64,000 nt of DNA from Eledone cirrhosa (Eukaryota). Under the pieces are notes generated by a model. That model did not search any database. It saw only the letters and a program-made list of their open reading frames with translations, and was not told the DNA's origin. Within the stretch, counting starts at the first letter, position 1. Every line of letters begins with the position of its first letter. The stretch is taken from positions 92,938,001 to 93,002,000 of the forward strand of contig OZ024740.1 in assembly GCA_964016885.1 (NCBI GenBank), given 5' to 3'. This document shows positions 1 through 12,800 of the stretch, in pieces. Made by a program: the position numbers and the translations under genes.

Positions 1-1000
1 GGAGTGTAATGCTTACGTGGAAGAATACAGCTTTCATCTTAGGACAAGATAGTTTAACTAAGTGAGCGAGGGAAGTGGATCTCTCCTTCACCAGCAATTC
101 TTGATATCCGTTCTTGTTTTCATTAAAGGAGTTGGTGTTCTTTGTTTAGGTAAACTCAATCACATGACACTGTGTACTCAGAATTGATGTTTTGATGTTT
201 TCCCAACGTATTTTCTGATAGGGACTGTGGGGACGTGTGTATATTGAAGGACCAACTGACAGGCTGTCTGTATGTCAGTTTACGGAATAGCTAACTGGAA
301 ACTACCAGCCTGGCAGTTCTTTGCTGATCTTTCATTCAATTCTTTGGTTTTAAATTGGAGATTGAATTTGAAGTTACTGAGCCGGTCGTATGTGTGATAT
401 TCCGCACTGACCATCACTGCTGTATGCATCAAGTCTTTTAAGTCACGTTTGTCAGACAAAAATATAGTCAAAAGTTCTCTATTATAACTTTAGTTAGATG
501 TTTAGTTACTTTGCAACTAAATGTATTTTCCTTGCTGTAGGTTTTGAGTAAAATAATTTTTCTTTAATCCCCCAACCACACTTTTGCTAATAGCGGTCAA
601 TTTTAACTGATATCACTACAAGCTTTAGTTTGCTGCACTTATTGTATACAGCTTCTAGTGTTAGACATTTTATTTCGTGTCTTTTATGTTTGGAATGGGA
701 GTTCATCAGCTGATGACGTATTACAACACGCAGTTACGTAATGTCTTCAGATATATAACTAATGTGAAATACAAACATGTAATTGAGAAAATATCGATAA
801 CCCGAATTTATGATATTGAAATATCGTTACGTGTGCTGCATTTTACTTATAAATGTTTGGTCTGCTCTCTGAGTAATTAGTTTACAAGTTTGTCATTCTA
901 ACATTTACACATTATACACTCGTTATGTAAGAAAGTAGCAGTCTACGTGGCGTATATTCTCATAGGAATCTCTATAAATGTATATATATATATATATATT

Positions 1001-1380
1001 GTATACAAAGGTGATGTCATCTCAGGCCCTGATAAAGAGAGAAAGACGTATATCGCGATGACCTACAACAATTTTAACACCCGTTGGTACGCACACATCC
1101 ATTCTTTCCGACGCCCGGACAAGTCCAACCAAACAACACTCGCCGCCCATGTCTGGGACCTAAAAAGGATCAAAGGATCTCCATCCCTTTTATGCTCAAA
1201 TTGAAACTAGTCCAGAGAGCGCGGTCTTACACAGGAGACCATAATTGTTGTGACCTTTGTATTTCCGAGAGTTACGAAATACTATTCGCCAAAGGACCCT
1301 TACACAATTGACTCTCAGAACATGCCCGAACTGCATGCACAAAAACTATGCAACTTCCAAGTCATATAGACCAGTTCTTC
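1001..1380 (+). pseudogene. 5'-truncated Penelope-like element, GIY-YIG endonuclease remnant
   Basis: Frameshifted ORFs read KTYIAMTYNNFNTRWYAHIHSFR...TTLAAHVWDLK...RARSYTGDHNCCDLCISESYEILFAKGPL. This aligns by eye with the PLE endonuclease at 23102-23455. It starts directly after an (AT)n tract. Confidence 0.8.
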
Positions 1381-1619
1381 CCCCTGAACGATGATCCCAT
1401 ATGACAACGGAATCGACATTAAACATTAAACACTACACCGCGCCCCCTCCCTTTTCAACCCTACCTTCGTTTTGTTACCTTTCAAACTTATAACTTATAC
1501 TTTACGTTTCTCTACTTGTATTTTATGTTACTTAATTTTAATTTATATTATTTGATGTTTTTTCATACATTGATTGTTTCCTTAAATTTTCCCCTTTGTG
1601 TATTTTTATATTTACTTTT

Positions 1620-1918
1620 ATATGTGTTTATAAGTGCATATATATATATATAAATATATATATATATACGCATACATATGTGTATGTGTGTATGTATATA
1701 TGTATGTATGTATGTATATATATGTGTGTATGTGTGTGTGTGGGGGTCTGTAAATGTATGTATGTATATGTATGTGTATGAATATATATATATATATGTA
1801 TATATATATGTATATATATGTATGTGTATGTATATATATACAAGTGCGTGTATATGTATATATACATATAGAGAGAGAGAGATTTTGAATATCTGTTGGT
1901 GCTTGAAGCGCTCATCCC

Positions 1919-2003
<85 letters not shown>
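1620..2003. repeat. Compound (AT)n/(GT)n/(ATGT)n microsatellite
   Basis: Directly visible. It is the source of the spurious YI-repeat ORFs. Confidence 0.95.
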
Positions 2004-2007
<4 letters not shown>

Positions 2008-2124
2008 TTAGTTAAGCAAAAGAAGACTACCAATTTCACAAGGAAGACATTATTAAGAGATTGTCAACATATTTTAGTTTGATGTAAGGAATGTAGAGAA
2101 TAATAATAATAATATTAATAATAT

Positions 2125-2300
2125 TTGTTCTACTTTTGGCACAAGACCAGCAATTACACAGCATTACTGTTACTTTATTTTTATCGATCCGTAAGGATGA
2201 AAGGCAAAGTCAACCTCGGCGGGATTTGAACTCAGATCGTAAAGGGACGTAACTATGCTGGAAAGCATGGCGTCCGACCCTCTACCGATACTGCCAATCC
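2125..2300 (-). mobile_element. Octopus-type SINE remnant
   Basis: tttatcgatccgtaaggatgaaaggcaaagtcaacctcggcgggatttgaactcag resembles, from memory, the abundant octopus SINE core. The minus strand has a B-box-like gagttcaaatcc and an (ATT)n tail at ~2100-2122. Confidence 0.6.
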
Positions 2301-2387
2301 ATTTATAATGTCCGTTTACAATTGTTTCGCTACTCCATATAATATTTCTGGATCAGATGACTATATATCATTATTGATCTGGGTCAG

Positions 2388-2434
<47 letters not shown>

Positions 2435-2831
2435 TGTATATAAGTATATGTATGTATATATATACACATGTGTGTATGTGTGTCTGTATATATGTATTTG
2501 TATGTATATATATCTGTTTATGTGCGTATGTGTGTGCGCGCGCGTGGGCGATGTGTGTTGGCGTGTGTGCTTGTACTAACCTACCATCTCCACAGATGTT
2601 CGATCAACTACTTGATACCTTTTGTTCTAAATTGTACTATACAATAGGGTAGTGTTTATTTCAATTGCAACTTGCCAGTAAACTTCTTTCTCTAAATAAA
2701 TTTAGTTTTTTCTAAGAATCCACATCCTATAATCACACCCTAACCTCTACTGACCCCCCCCCCCAACTCAATACCTACCCTTCCCTTACCACGAGAAAAT
2801 GTATAAATACCAGAAACTTACATTGGCAGTC

Positions 2832-2882
2832 GGCTTTCTGATGATTTTCTCTGAATGAAACAGTTCTAGTCCTGTAGAAGCC
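2832..2882 (+). ncRNA. Type I hammerhead ribozyme motif (weak stem II)
   Basis: ggcttt CTGATGA ttttctctgaat GAAAC ag-ttctagtc-ct GTA gaagcc. Stem I is ggcttt/gaagcc, stem III is acag/ctgt, and the triplet is GUA. Confidence 0.6.
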
Positions 2883-3480
2883 ATTTCTTTTGTCAGAGTT
2901 CAACGACCTGCGCATGTATTGTTTATGGCAGTAGCCTCCTTCCTCCCCTTTTCAGAACAGTGTGAGATTTTCTTTATAACTGTTGGACTAACAACCTAGC
3001 AGCTCCCTCAAACACTGATGGCGATTATCGCTAAATATTGATGTTGATTTGGTTATCAATATTAATATTATTGGGTTACCCACTGAAGATTTATAATAGC
3101 CCAATTGAATATGTATCGTTTGATCATATACAAGCTTCTACATAACTTGGTATATTTTCACCCAACTTTTAGAAAAATTATAATGAAACGAGTCTTCTGG
3201 GAAATGATATATTTGATATATCTCATATGAAATAATACAGCCGATTATATACAAAATACAATATAGTTAGCACCCCAAACGTTTAATTGGGAATATACTT
3301 AGGTATTTCCTAATGTGTGTTGAGTGAGTTGGAATTTGGCCGGAGTATCGCTGTTAACTTTCTCCGATTATGTATTTATATATATATAAAAGTACTCACA
3401 TACATAAAGCCATGCACACACACGCACATATACGCACACACACCACACACACATATACGCACCCACATATGTATATATTT

Positions 3481-3564
<84 letters not shown>

Positions 3565-3755
3565 ATTTATATTGGTAAACGGAAAAGAAAAGCTGACAAA
3601 TTGTTCACAGTGAAAAATAGTTTAATTAGGAATAAGTGAGAATTAGTAATAGTATTGGTTAGTATTCAGTTTTGGTTTTAAGTTTTACCGGTTGCGCATT
3701 TCTAATGGTATTCCAAAATAATTTTGAGATAGAGTGTCCGTGATGTTTTCTCTAA

Positions 3756-3811
<56 letters not shown>

Positions 3812-5186
3812 AAACAGGGAAAAAGAGTCGATTATGAGGAAGAAAAAAAAAAAAAAATGTTTCCCTTTTTTTTGTCTCTCACTTTTTTCTGGGTTAGGAA
3901 ATGATTAAAACGAAATCTTTTACTTTGTGTGAAGTGTTAAGGTATTAGTTGATTTGTTTATTATTTAACAATGGCATTTATTTATCTATTTATATATTTA
4001 ATTATTGTCTATTACCGGTTTCTGCATTTATATGCATTATCAAATGATAGTGAAATGTATTGGTGTGGTGTAGCACATGTTAAACAGAAGGTTCAGAAAG
4101 AATAATATTATATACAAACAAGGTTTAAGAAGTGAAAAGAAAAAAGAAAAAGGAAAAAAAAACATGTATATATATAGATTATATGTTATTTTCTTGACAT
4201 TCACATAAATAGTTATACATATTTTCTTTTACAGTTTACTTTGTTCGCATTGTAATGTGAATAAAGTCGTCTCTAATCATACTATTCTTAAAATAAGTTT
4301 TATTATCATTTTCAACTTTGCAAACGTCTCTATTTATAATCACGTTTTGCTTATTATTTCCAGATTGATGAGATTGACGTTTGAGGCACTGTGTTGTAGC
4401 AAAAGGATTATTGCTTCTTTATGTAACTTTGAAATGACGGAACAAATATCTATAAATTAATCATGTTGACGAACAAATGTGCTAGAACCAGAGAAGTGGA
4501 AAATTATCGATATTATATATGACATTAACTTTGAAAATCACAGAATTATCGAATATCATTGCTTTGGTATTTACACAGCATTTCTACTTAGTGCATAGAT
4601 AATAAATTCACTTGGAATAAAGAAATTAATAATATGAAAAAATCTGTAGAATATAATTTGTATAAATAAACGAACGTATGTGCAAAATCGCGAACTCATT
4701 CGTAAAAAATCTTACTATACATCTCAGTGCAAATATAAAAGTAGCGAATGTTTTTAGCATGACCGATGTGTACACTCACAGATAGAAACTTCACACATGC
4801 TCCCCATCATAAACGAGTATTATACATTAGCATTCACTGATATATGACTATATAAATATATATGAGTGTGAGGGGATGTGTGTGATTGTACGCCTATGTA
4901 TTTGTGTGTATGTCAGTGCATATGTATGATTATTTGAGTTTGTGATTTTGTGTATGTGTGGAAAGCTGCCGAGCTACATCACCTATTCACCTGTCACATA
5001 AATGGACTACAATGATTAAAATGCATATATATTTAGGTAAACAGTGGTATTCATGAATAAATTAAGCGGTGAACATAGTTCTACTCAACCTCAGTGTTTT
5101 ATGTTGATTTCACTTTTATATCATTTATATACACGCCAACATATATAAAACCCAACACTAATGTAATACATAACACGCACATGTAC

Positions 5187-5191
<5 letters not shown>

Positions 5192-5241
<50 letters not shown>
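5192..5241. repeat. (AAT)n microsatellite at the 5' boundary of the Dong-type unit
   Basis: Pure (aat)n tract. Confidence 0.95.
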
Positions 5242-5243
<2 letters not shown>

Positions 5244-8200
5244 GAGGTGACGGACGAGGTGACGGAGGTCATGAAATCGCTCCCGTAAGATTTGAATTTT
5301 TAACATATTTAAATCATTTGTGAAATAACAACTCTTAGTACAAATGCTACGGAAAGCACCCGGCTGGAGCCCAAAAAAGTTCGGACCCAAAATATATTGT
5401 TATAAGGCTCAAATATTCAAATATTCAACTTTGTATTGTACACTGTATATCCAAAAAAAAAAATGGCTATAAATGGAAGAAGAAGACCCCCCCCTCCTCT
5501 CCTCTGGCTACACTATATAGGACAGCTAAACTCACCAACACCAGAAACTAGATACACCACCCACCCCATCATCTGTGTACACTAAACACAACAGCCAGAT
5601 AACGACATTTTCACCTTCACCGCCACCGCTCACTACGGCCATCATTACCACCACTATCCCATCACCGCCGCCACCACCCCTTGACTCCTTCACTGCTGCC
5701 ACCGCTACAGCACCATCACTACAGTAATACGGTCGCATCACCGCCACCACTGCCTCGGTATCGACATCACCACCACCACTGTCTCAGTATCGCTACCGCC
5801 GCCAGTCTCCCACTTCTCCCTGCTGGCTGCTACTTCCACATTATAGAATTCCTACTACTAACAAAGAGGAAGGCATCAAAATATATAGATAGACTCAAAA
5901 GAAAAAAGAAAAAACAAACAACAAAACCAAAGCAGCACAGCAACAACAGCAAAAACGAGAAAAACAAACAGAGAAAAACAAAAACAAAAAAAAGAAACCC
6001 CAAAAACGTAAAGAAAATAAGAATGAAGAGAGAAGCAGGCGGACGGACAGAGAAGAGGGGGGAAAAAGTAAAACTTAAAAAACAAAAACTAAGTCAGACA
6101 TTCGAATACTACATTACAATGAAACTTATGCTTATTCATTTTTGGGGCCCTTTCTGCCCGTGTGTTTGTTTGTTTATGTGTGTTCGTATACAGCGTGGTG
6201 ATAATGCCACACAAGGGCCAAGTGGGATGGCGGATCCACAGATGGCTATGTAAACATACATTCGCCAATCCTCGATAAGAGTGTTTAAATATCGAACATA
6301 AACAGTTCGAATAACGGTGAAATGGAGACTAGAAGGTCATGTGACAGACTCTCACCCAACAGGTGCCCCCTGGCTCAGCAGCAGGAACCTGACTGTCAAC
6401 CAAATACTGCTGATGTTGGAGGAAGAAGAAGAAGGAAAGGGGCCAGAACCAACTGGACGAAAGAATTGAATAGAACTGTTATGCAATACTACCTGAAAAG
6501 TAACCCCAAGGAGAGGGGCTACAGGAGACGGATGCATAACATCTGGAACGAGATTGGTTTATTTAAATTAGATGAACAAAAATTGGCCGGGCAGGCTCGG
6601 GTAATAAGAACTAATGGGTGGATAAGCGAGCTGGAACTGGAGGAACTGAGCAGAGAGAATGGCTTGGAGATGGCGGGTGTAGTATGCCAGACAAGCGAGC
6701 CGGTGGGAAATGAAGGTGAGGAGGTCCTGAGAACGGAGAAACCACCCGAAGCAGACAATGATCTGAATACTGAGATAAATAATACCTGGAACAGAGATAC
6801 GGCCACTGAGGAGATGAATGCTGACGGGCTAGGACAAGATTCGGTTGACATCCTAAATTTAGTGGTAGATGAATTGAACAATGATAGTGGGAGACCTATG
6901 AACCTAAGATTTGTAGACAGGAAAAAGTTAAAAGAAACAACAGCTAAGGTAAACAAAGTCATCCCATACCTTGAGGCGAGGAGCCTTCACCAGTGCAACA
7001 ATATCCTCAAAGCAACAGCAAATACGGTGAGGAAACTACTTGGTATAAAAGCGAGAGGAAACAACAGACAAGAAAGAGCAGAGCCGTGGTGGAAGAAGCG
7101 ACTGAGTGGGCAAATCGGGGAAATGAGAAATGACATAGGAAAGCTTGAGTCACTACTGAATGGGACACTAAAAAACATAGGCACTAAAAATAGACTGGAA
7201 ATAAAATACAAAACTAGGAGTAAAAAGCTAAATATTATCATAGAGGAATTGAAGCAACGCATTGTAGCAAAGAGTGCCAAAATCAGGCGATACGAGAACA
7301 GAGTCAGTCAGTATAAACAGAACCGCATGTTCGACAACAACCAGAAGATGCTGTTTGGACAGCTTGAGGGGAAAGAAAGAGGCAACGACTTGATCCCTGG
7401 GGCGGAACAAGCTAAAACATTCTGGAGAGGAATATGGGAGCAGGATGTTAAACACAATGCCCAGGCAGGGTGGATTGAGACAGTACAGAGGGAGATCGGT
7501 GAGCAGGCACAACAACAGACTGATTTGAGTATCACAGTTGAAACTCTTAAGGGGCAAGCCAAAAAACTAACCAACTGGAAATCACCAGGCTCAGATGGTG
7601 TGCAGGGGTATTGGATTAAACATTTAACATCCCTTCACCCGAAGCTGACGGCCATGTTCAATGACTGCTTGGTGTCGGGTGAGGTGCCAGAGTGGTTGAC
7701 AAAAGGTACCACAGTTCTGATAATGAAAGACCGAATCAAGGGTAATGATGTTACCAACTATAGACCTATCACATGTCTGCCCGTAATGTGGAAACTGTTG
7801 ACGAGCATTGTGTCTGAGGAAATCTACCATCACCTCCACACAAACAACTTGTTACCGGACGAACAGAAAGGATGCCGAAAGAAGTCACGTGGTACAAAGG
7901 ACCAGTTGCTTATTGATAAGATGGTAATGGGGAATTGCAGGAGGAGACACACTGATCTTGCCATGGGATGGATAGACTACAGAAAGGCATTTGACATGGT
8001 GCCTCATTCCTGGATCACCAAAAGCCTGGAGATCTTCAGGGTGGCAGATAACATCAGACAGTTGCTGGGCAGGAGTATGGGGTCCTGGGAGACAGAGTTG
8101 ACATCAACTGGAGTATCCTTGGGAAGCGTGAAGATCAAGAGAGGTATCTTCCAGGGAGATAGCCTGTCCCCTCTGTTGTTTGTCCTTGCCCTGATGCCCT

Positions 8201-9790
8201 TGACCATTATGCTGCGAAAAGTGAGAGCAGGATACAAGTTGGGAAGGGGAGAGCTTACCATCAATCACCTCCTCTTCATGGACGATCTTAAGCTCTTCGG
8301 GAAAAGTGAGAAGGAGTTGGATGTGCTTGTTGACACTGTCCGTATTTTCAGCAGTGATATATGTATGCAGTTTGGTATTGGTAAATGTGGAGTCATTGTG
8401 ATGAAGAGGGGTAGGTTGAGCAGAAGTAACGGGATCCAGATACCAACAGGTGAGATGATAAAGGAAATTGACTATGAGGAAGGATACAAGTATTTGGGCA
8501 TTCTGGAGGCTGATGGCATAAAGAACAAAAAAATGAAGGAATTGTTAAGAACTGAATACATTCGGAGAGTAAGGAGCGTATTGAAGTCACATCTGAACAG
8601 CACAAATGCCATAAGCGCAGTAAATTCCCGAGCTGTGTCTATTATTAGGTACAGTGCGGGAATTCTGAGATGGAATGTTGCTGAACAAAAAGAAATGGAT
8701 AGGAAGACTAGGAAGCTATTGACTATCTACAACATGTTCCACAAGAGGAGTGATGTCGATAGACTCTACCTAAGGAGATCTGAGGGTGGAAGAGGTCTTA
8801 TCAGCATAGAGGACTGTGTTCAGATGGAGAAAAAGAACCTATACAAATACGTGACCTATAGTAAGGAGCCAATGCTCAGGACTGTACTGAAGGAGGGGAC
8901 AGTAGGCCAGGGGATGTCCAAGGAGGAAATAACATCAAGGAGGAAGAGCAGCCTTAAGGGAAAATCCCTTCATAGTACCTTCTTTGAGAAAACTGAATTT
9001 AGAGATCCACAGACATGGAACTGGTTGAGAAGAGGAGACCTCAAAAAGGCTACAGAAGGAATGCTAATGGCTGCGCAGGAGCAGGCCCTCAAAACGAAGT
9101 GGTTGAAGCACCATATCTACAAGGAGGAGGCTAGCCCACTGTGCAGGATCTGTGGAGAGAGAGAGGAGACTGTGGCTCACATTGTGTCCGAGTGTAAACA
9201 CCTAGCCCAGACCCACTATAAGGGCTGGAGACACGATGTGATGGGCAGGGCGATCCACTGGCACCTGTGCAAAGTAAACAATCTACCACATTCTGAGAAA
9301 TGGTATGAGCATAGGCCAGAGGCGGTGATGGAGAACAGTCAGGTGAAGGTGCTGTGGGATTTTAGGATACAGACGGACAAAAAACTGGAACACAATAGAC
9401 CTGACCTGGTGGTTGTGGACAAAGAAAAAAGATCGTGCCTGATTGTGGATGTGGCCTGCCCGTTCGACACGAGAGTGCAAGAGAAGGAGAGGGAGAAAAT
9501 TAACCGATACCAGGACCTAAAGTGGGAGGTGAAAAGGATTTGGAACTGCCATGATGTCAAAGTGATCCCGATTGTCATAGGCGCACTGGGGACTATCTCC
9601 AAAGGTTTCCAGGGATGGTTAAAGAAAATTGGCCCCTTCACGCTTTTTGAAACGCTTCAAAAGGCATGCTTGCCGGGAACAGCAAGAACCCTCCGATACG
9701 TCCTGAATATCTGAGGCTGCAGGTAGTGTCTTGATATTCAATCCAACGGACTTTCCAGTTAACCAACATCAATGACTGAGATTCAAGGAA
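5242..9790 (+). mobile_element. R4/Dong-clade RLE non-LTR retrotransposon, copy 1, including a ~1 kb leader shared with copy 2
   Basis: Single ORF with RT, CCHC and RLE, a short 3' UTR, and (TAA)n on both sides. Dong elements are known to target (TAA)n. The true 5' end within the leader is uncertain. Confidence 0.85.
6322..9714 (+). CDS. Intact 1130-aa R4/Dong-type ORF: reverse transcriptase, CCHC finger, restriction-like endonuclease
   Basis: Motifs: [87 protein letters not shown]...IVDVACP...KINRY, PIVIGALG, LQKACLPGTARTLR. Confidence 0.93.
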   Translation: METRRSCDRLSPNRCPLAQQQEPDCQPNTADVGGRRRRKGARTNWTKELNRTVMQYYLKSNPKERGYRRRMHNIWNEIGLFKLDEQKLAGQARVIRTNGWISELELEELSRENGLEMAGVVCQTSEPVGNEGEEVLRTEKPPEADNDLNTEINNTWNRDTATEEMNADGLGQDSVDILNLVVDELNNDSGRPMNLRFVDRKKLKETTAKVNKVIPYLEARSLHQCNNILKATANTVRKLLGIKARGNNRQERAEPWWKKRLSGQIGEMRNDIGKLESLLNGTLKNIGTKNRLEIKYKTRSKKLNIIIEELKQRIVAKSAKIRRYENRVSQYKQNRMFDNNQKMLFGQLEGKERGNDLIPGAEQAKTFWRGIWEQDVKHNAQAGWIETVQREIGEQAQQQTDLSITVETLKGQAKKLTNWKSPGSDGVQGYWIKHLTSLHPKLTAMFNDCLVSGEVPEWLTKGTTVLIMKDRIKGNDVTNYRPITCLPVMWKLLTSIVSEEIYHHLHTNNLLPDEQKGCRKKSRGTKDQLLIDKMVMGNCRRRHTDLAMGWIDYRKAFDMVPHSWITKSLEIFRVADNIRQLLGRSMGSWETELTSTGVSLGSVKIKRGIFQGDSLSPLLFVLALMPLTIMLRKVRAGYKLGRGELTINHLLFMDDLKLFGKSEKELDVLVDTVRIFSSDICMQFGIGKCGVIVMKRGRLSRSNGIQIPTGEMIKEIDYEEGYKYLGILEADGIKNKKMKELLRTEYIRRVRSVLKSHLNSTNAISAVNSRAVSIIRYSAGILRWNVAEQKEMDRKTRKLLTIYNMFHKRSDVDRLYLRRSEGGRGLISIEDCVQMEKKNLYKYVTYSKEPMLRTVLKEGTVGQGMSKEEITSRRKSSLKGKSLHSTFFEKTEFRDPQTWNWLRRGDLKKATEGMLMAAQEQALKTKWLKHHIYKEEASPLCRICGEREETVAHIVSECKHLAQTHYKGWRHDVMGRAIHWHLCKVNNLPHSEKWYEHRPEAVMENSQVKVLWDFRIQTDKKLEHNRPDLVVVDKEKRSCLIVDVACPFDTRVQEKEREKINRYQDLKWEVKRIWNCHDVKVIPIVIGALGTISKGFQGWLKKIGPFTLFETLQKACLPGTARTLRYVLNI

Positions 9791-9819
9791 TAACAATAAC
9801 AATAATAATAATAATAATA

Positions 9820-12800
9820 GGGAAGAAGACGCACATGGTGGATAGAAGGTCGTGAAATCGCTCCCGTAAGTTTTGATTTTTAACATATTTAAATCAATTG
9901 TGAAATAACAATTCTTAGTACAAATGATACATAAAACATCCGGCTTGAGTCCAAAAAAAATTCGGATCCATAATATATTGTTATATCGCTCAAATATTCA
10001 ATTTTGTATTATATATTTTATATTCAAAAAAGAAAATGGTTATAAATGGAAGAACACCCCCTCTGTCTACACTATATAGAACAGCCAAATAACAGCAATT
10101 TCACCAACACCAGAAACTAGATACACCACCTACCCCATCACCCCTCTGTGTACACTAAACACATCAGCCGGATAACGGCAATTTCACCACCACCACCACC
10201 CCCAATCTCAGCATAATAATAGTAATTACTATTATTATTGTCTCAAGTTTAAACAAAATGTTTAATTCCAATATTAAGAAATATGTCAACACATATACGC
10301 GACTAACCCCGTAGATTCACCGATCAAACAAAAATACAGTTCATTCAACAAAACTCAGTAACGACAACACCATCACTACAGTCACCGCCACAGCCGCCCA
10401 TCCATCATTACTACCACTATCCCATCACCGCCGCCACCACTCCTTCATTGCTACCACCGCTATTACCTTCTGTTAATTACAAAAGGGGAAGATGACGGTA
10501 TCACTAGACAATATTAATAAACAAGATTAATATTTAATTTTGGATCAGGAATGTTAGAGTCGAAAAGGAGGAAAATGACAAAATGACTAAATAACTAAAG
10601 ATAATTTCACTACCAACACCACCACCACTACCACGATGAAAACTCTGGTTAAGTCGACTCAACCGCTATTTCTACTCCAACTTCAACACCATCACTACAG
10701 TAATACGATCACATCACCAACACCACTGCCTAATAATGATTTATCGCTACCACCGCTATTCTGTCCAAATACCCCCAGCTACATCGTAGAACCCCCACTA
10801 AAAGAGGAAGGCATCAAAATATATAAATAGACTGAATTGATGACCCGGTCAAAATCGAAAAAAACAAAAATCAAAATCAAAGCAGTACAGCAACAACGAA
10901 AAACGTCAAGAAAATAAGAATGAAGAGAAAAACAAACAGACGGACAGAGAAGGGAAGGGAAAAACTAAGTCAGACATTCAAACACTACATTACAATGAAA
11001 CTTATGCATATTCATTTTTGGGGGATTTTTTGCCTGTTTGTTTGTTTATTTATGTTCGTCTACAGCGTGATAATGCCACACAAAAATCACCTGCAGTGAC
11101 GGAACCACCGGAGACGATGAATTCACCGGTGGTTATGTAACCATACATTCGCTAGATAAGAGTGTTTAAATGTCGAACCTAAAGAGTTCGAATAACGGTG
11201 AAGTGGAGACTAGAATGGCATGTGACAGACTCTCACCCAACAGGTGATCCCTGGCTCAACAGCAGGGCTGTCAACCAAATACTGCTGGTGTCGGAGGAAG
11301 AAGAAGAAGGAAAGGGACCAGAACCAACTGGACGAAATAATTGAATAGAACTGTTATGCAATGTTACCTGAAGAGTAACCCCAAGGAGAAAGGCTATAGG
11401 AAACGGATGCATAACATCTGGAACGAGATTGGTCTATTTAAATTAGATGAACAAAAATTGGCCGGGCAGGCTCGGGTAATAAGAACTAATGGGTGGATAA
11501 GCGAGCTGGAACTGGAGGAACTGAGCAGAGAGATTAGATTGGAGATGGAAAGTGGAGTATGCCAGTCAAACGAGCCAGTGGGAAATGAAGGTGAAGAGGT
11601 CGAGAGAACGGAGGAGCCACCCGAAACAGACAATGAACTGAATGCTGAGATAAATAATACCTGGAACAGAGATACGGCCACTGAGGAGATGAATGATGAT
11701 GGGCTAGGACAAGATTTGGTTGATATACTAAACTTGGTGGTAGATGAATTGAACAATGATAGTGGGAGACGTATGAACATAAGATTTGTAGACAGGAAAA
11801 AGTTAAAAGAAACAACAGCTAAGGTAAACAAAGTCATCCCATACCTTGAGGCGAGGAGCCTTCAGCAGTGCAACAATATCCTCAAAGCAACAGCAAATAC
11901 GGTGAGGAAACTACTTGGTATAAAAGCGAGAGGAAACAAAAGACAAGAAAGAGCAGAGCCTTGCTGGAAGAAACGACTAAGTGGTCAAATCAGGGAAATG
12001 AGAAATGACATTGGAAGCTTGAGTCCCTACTGAATGGGACACTAAAAAACATAGACACTAAACATAGACTGGAAATAAAGTACAAAACTAGGAGGAAAAA
12101 GCTAAATAGTATCATAGAGGAACTGAAGCAACGCATTGTAGCAAAGAGAGCAAAAATCAGGCGATACGAGAACAGAGTCAGCCATAATAGACATAACCGA
12201 AAGTTCGACAACAACCAGAAGGTGCTGTATGGACAGCGTGAAGGGAAAGAAAGAGGCAACGACTTGATCCCTGAGGCGGAACAAACTAAAACATTCTGGA
12301 GAGGAATATGGGAGCAGGATGTTAAACATAATGACCAGGCAGTGTGGATTGAGACAGTACAGAAGGATATTAGTGAACAGGCACACCAACAAACTGATTT
12401 GAGTATCACAGTTGAAACTCTTAAGGGGCAGGCCAAAAAACTAACCAACTGGAAATCACTAGTCCCAGATGGTGTGCAGGGGTATTGGATTAAAAGTGTA
12501 ACATCTCTCCACCCGAAACTGACAACCATGTTCAATGACTGCTTGATGCCAGGTGAGGTACCAGAGTGGTTGACAAAAGGTACCACAGTTCTGATAATGA
12601 AAGACCGAATCAAGGGTAATGATGTTACCAACTATAGACCTATCATTTGTCTGTCCGTGATGTGGAAGCTGTTGACAAGCATTATGTCTGAGGAAATCTA
12701 CCATCACCTCCACACAAACAACCTGTTACCGGACGAACAGAAAGGATGCCGAAAGAAGTCACGTGGTACAAAGACCAGTTACTTATTGATAAGATGGTAA

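Noticed and set aside
280-471. 63-aa minus-strand ORF as a host exon or transposase
   Set aside because: No recognisable motif, and neighbouring frames contain stops.
700-745. CTGATGA within gttcatcagctgatgac as a hammerhead
   Set aside because: No GAAA follows the putative stem II; it is only a short palindrome.
5681-6253. 190-aa His/Lys-rich ORF as a Dong ORF1
   Set aside because: It comes from (CAC)n and A-rich low-complexity sequence, is not preserved in copy 2, and R4/Dong elements have a single ORF.
6200-6320. HDV-like ribozyme upstream of the Dong ORF
   Set aside because: I could not build the nested double pseudoknot by eye, and the region differs between the two copies.
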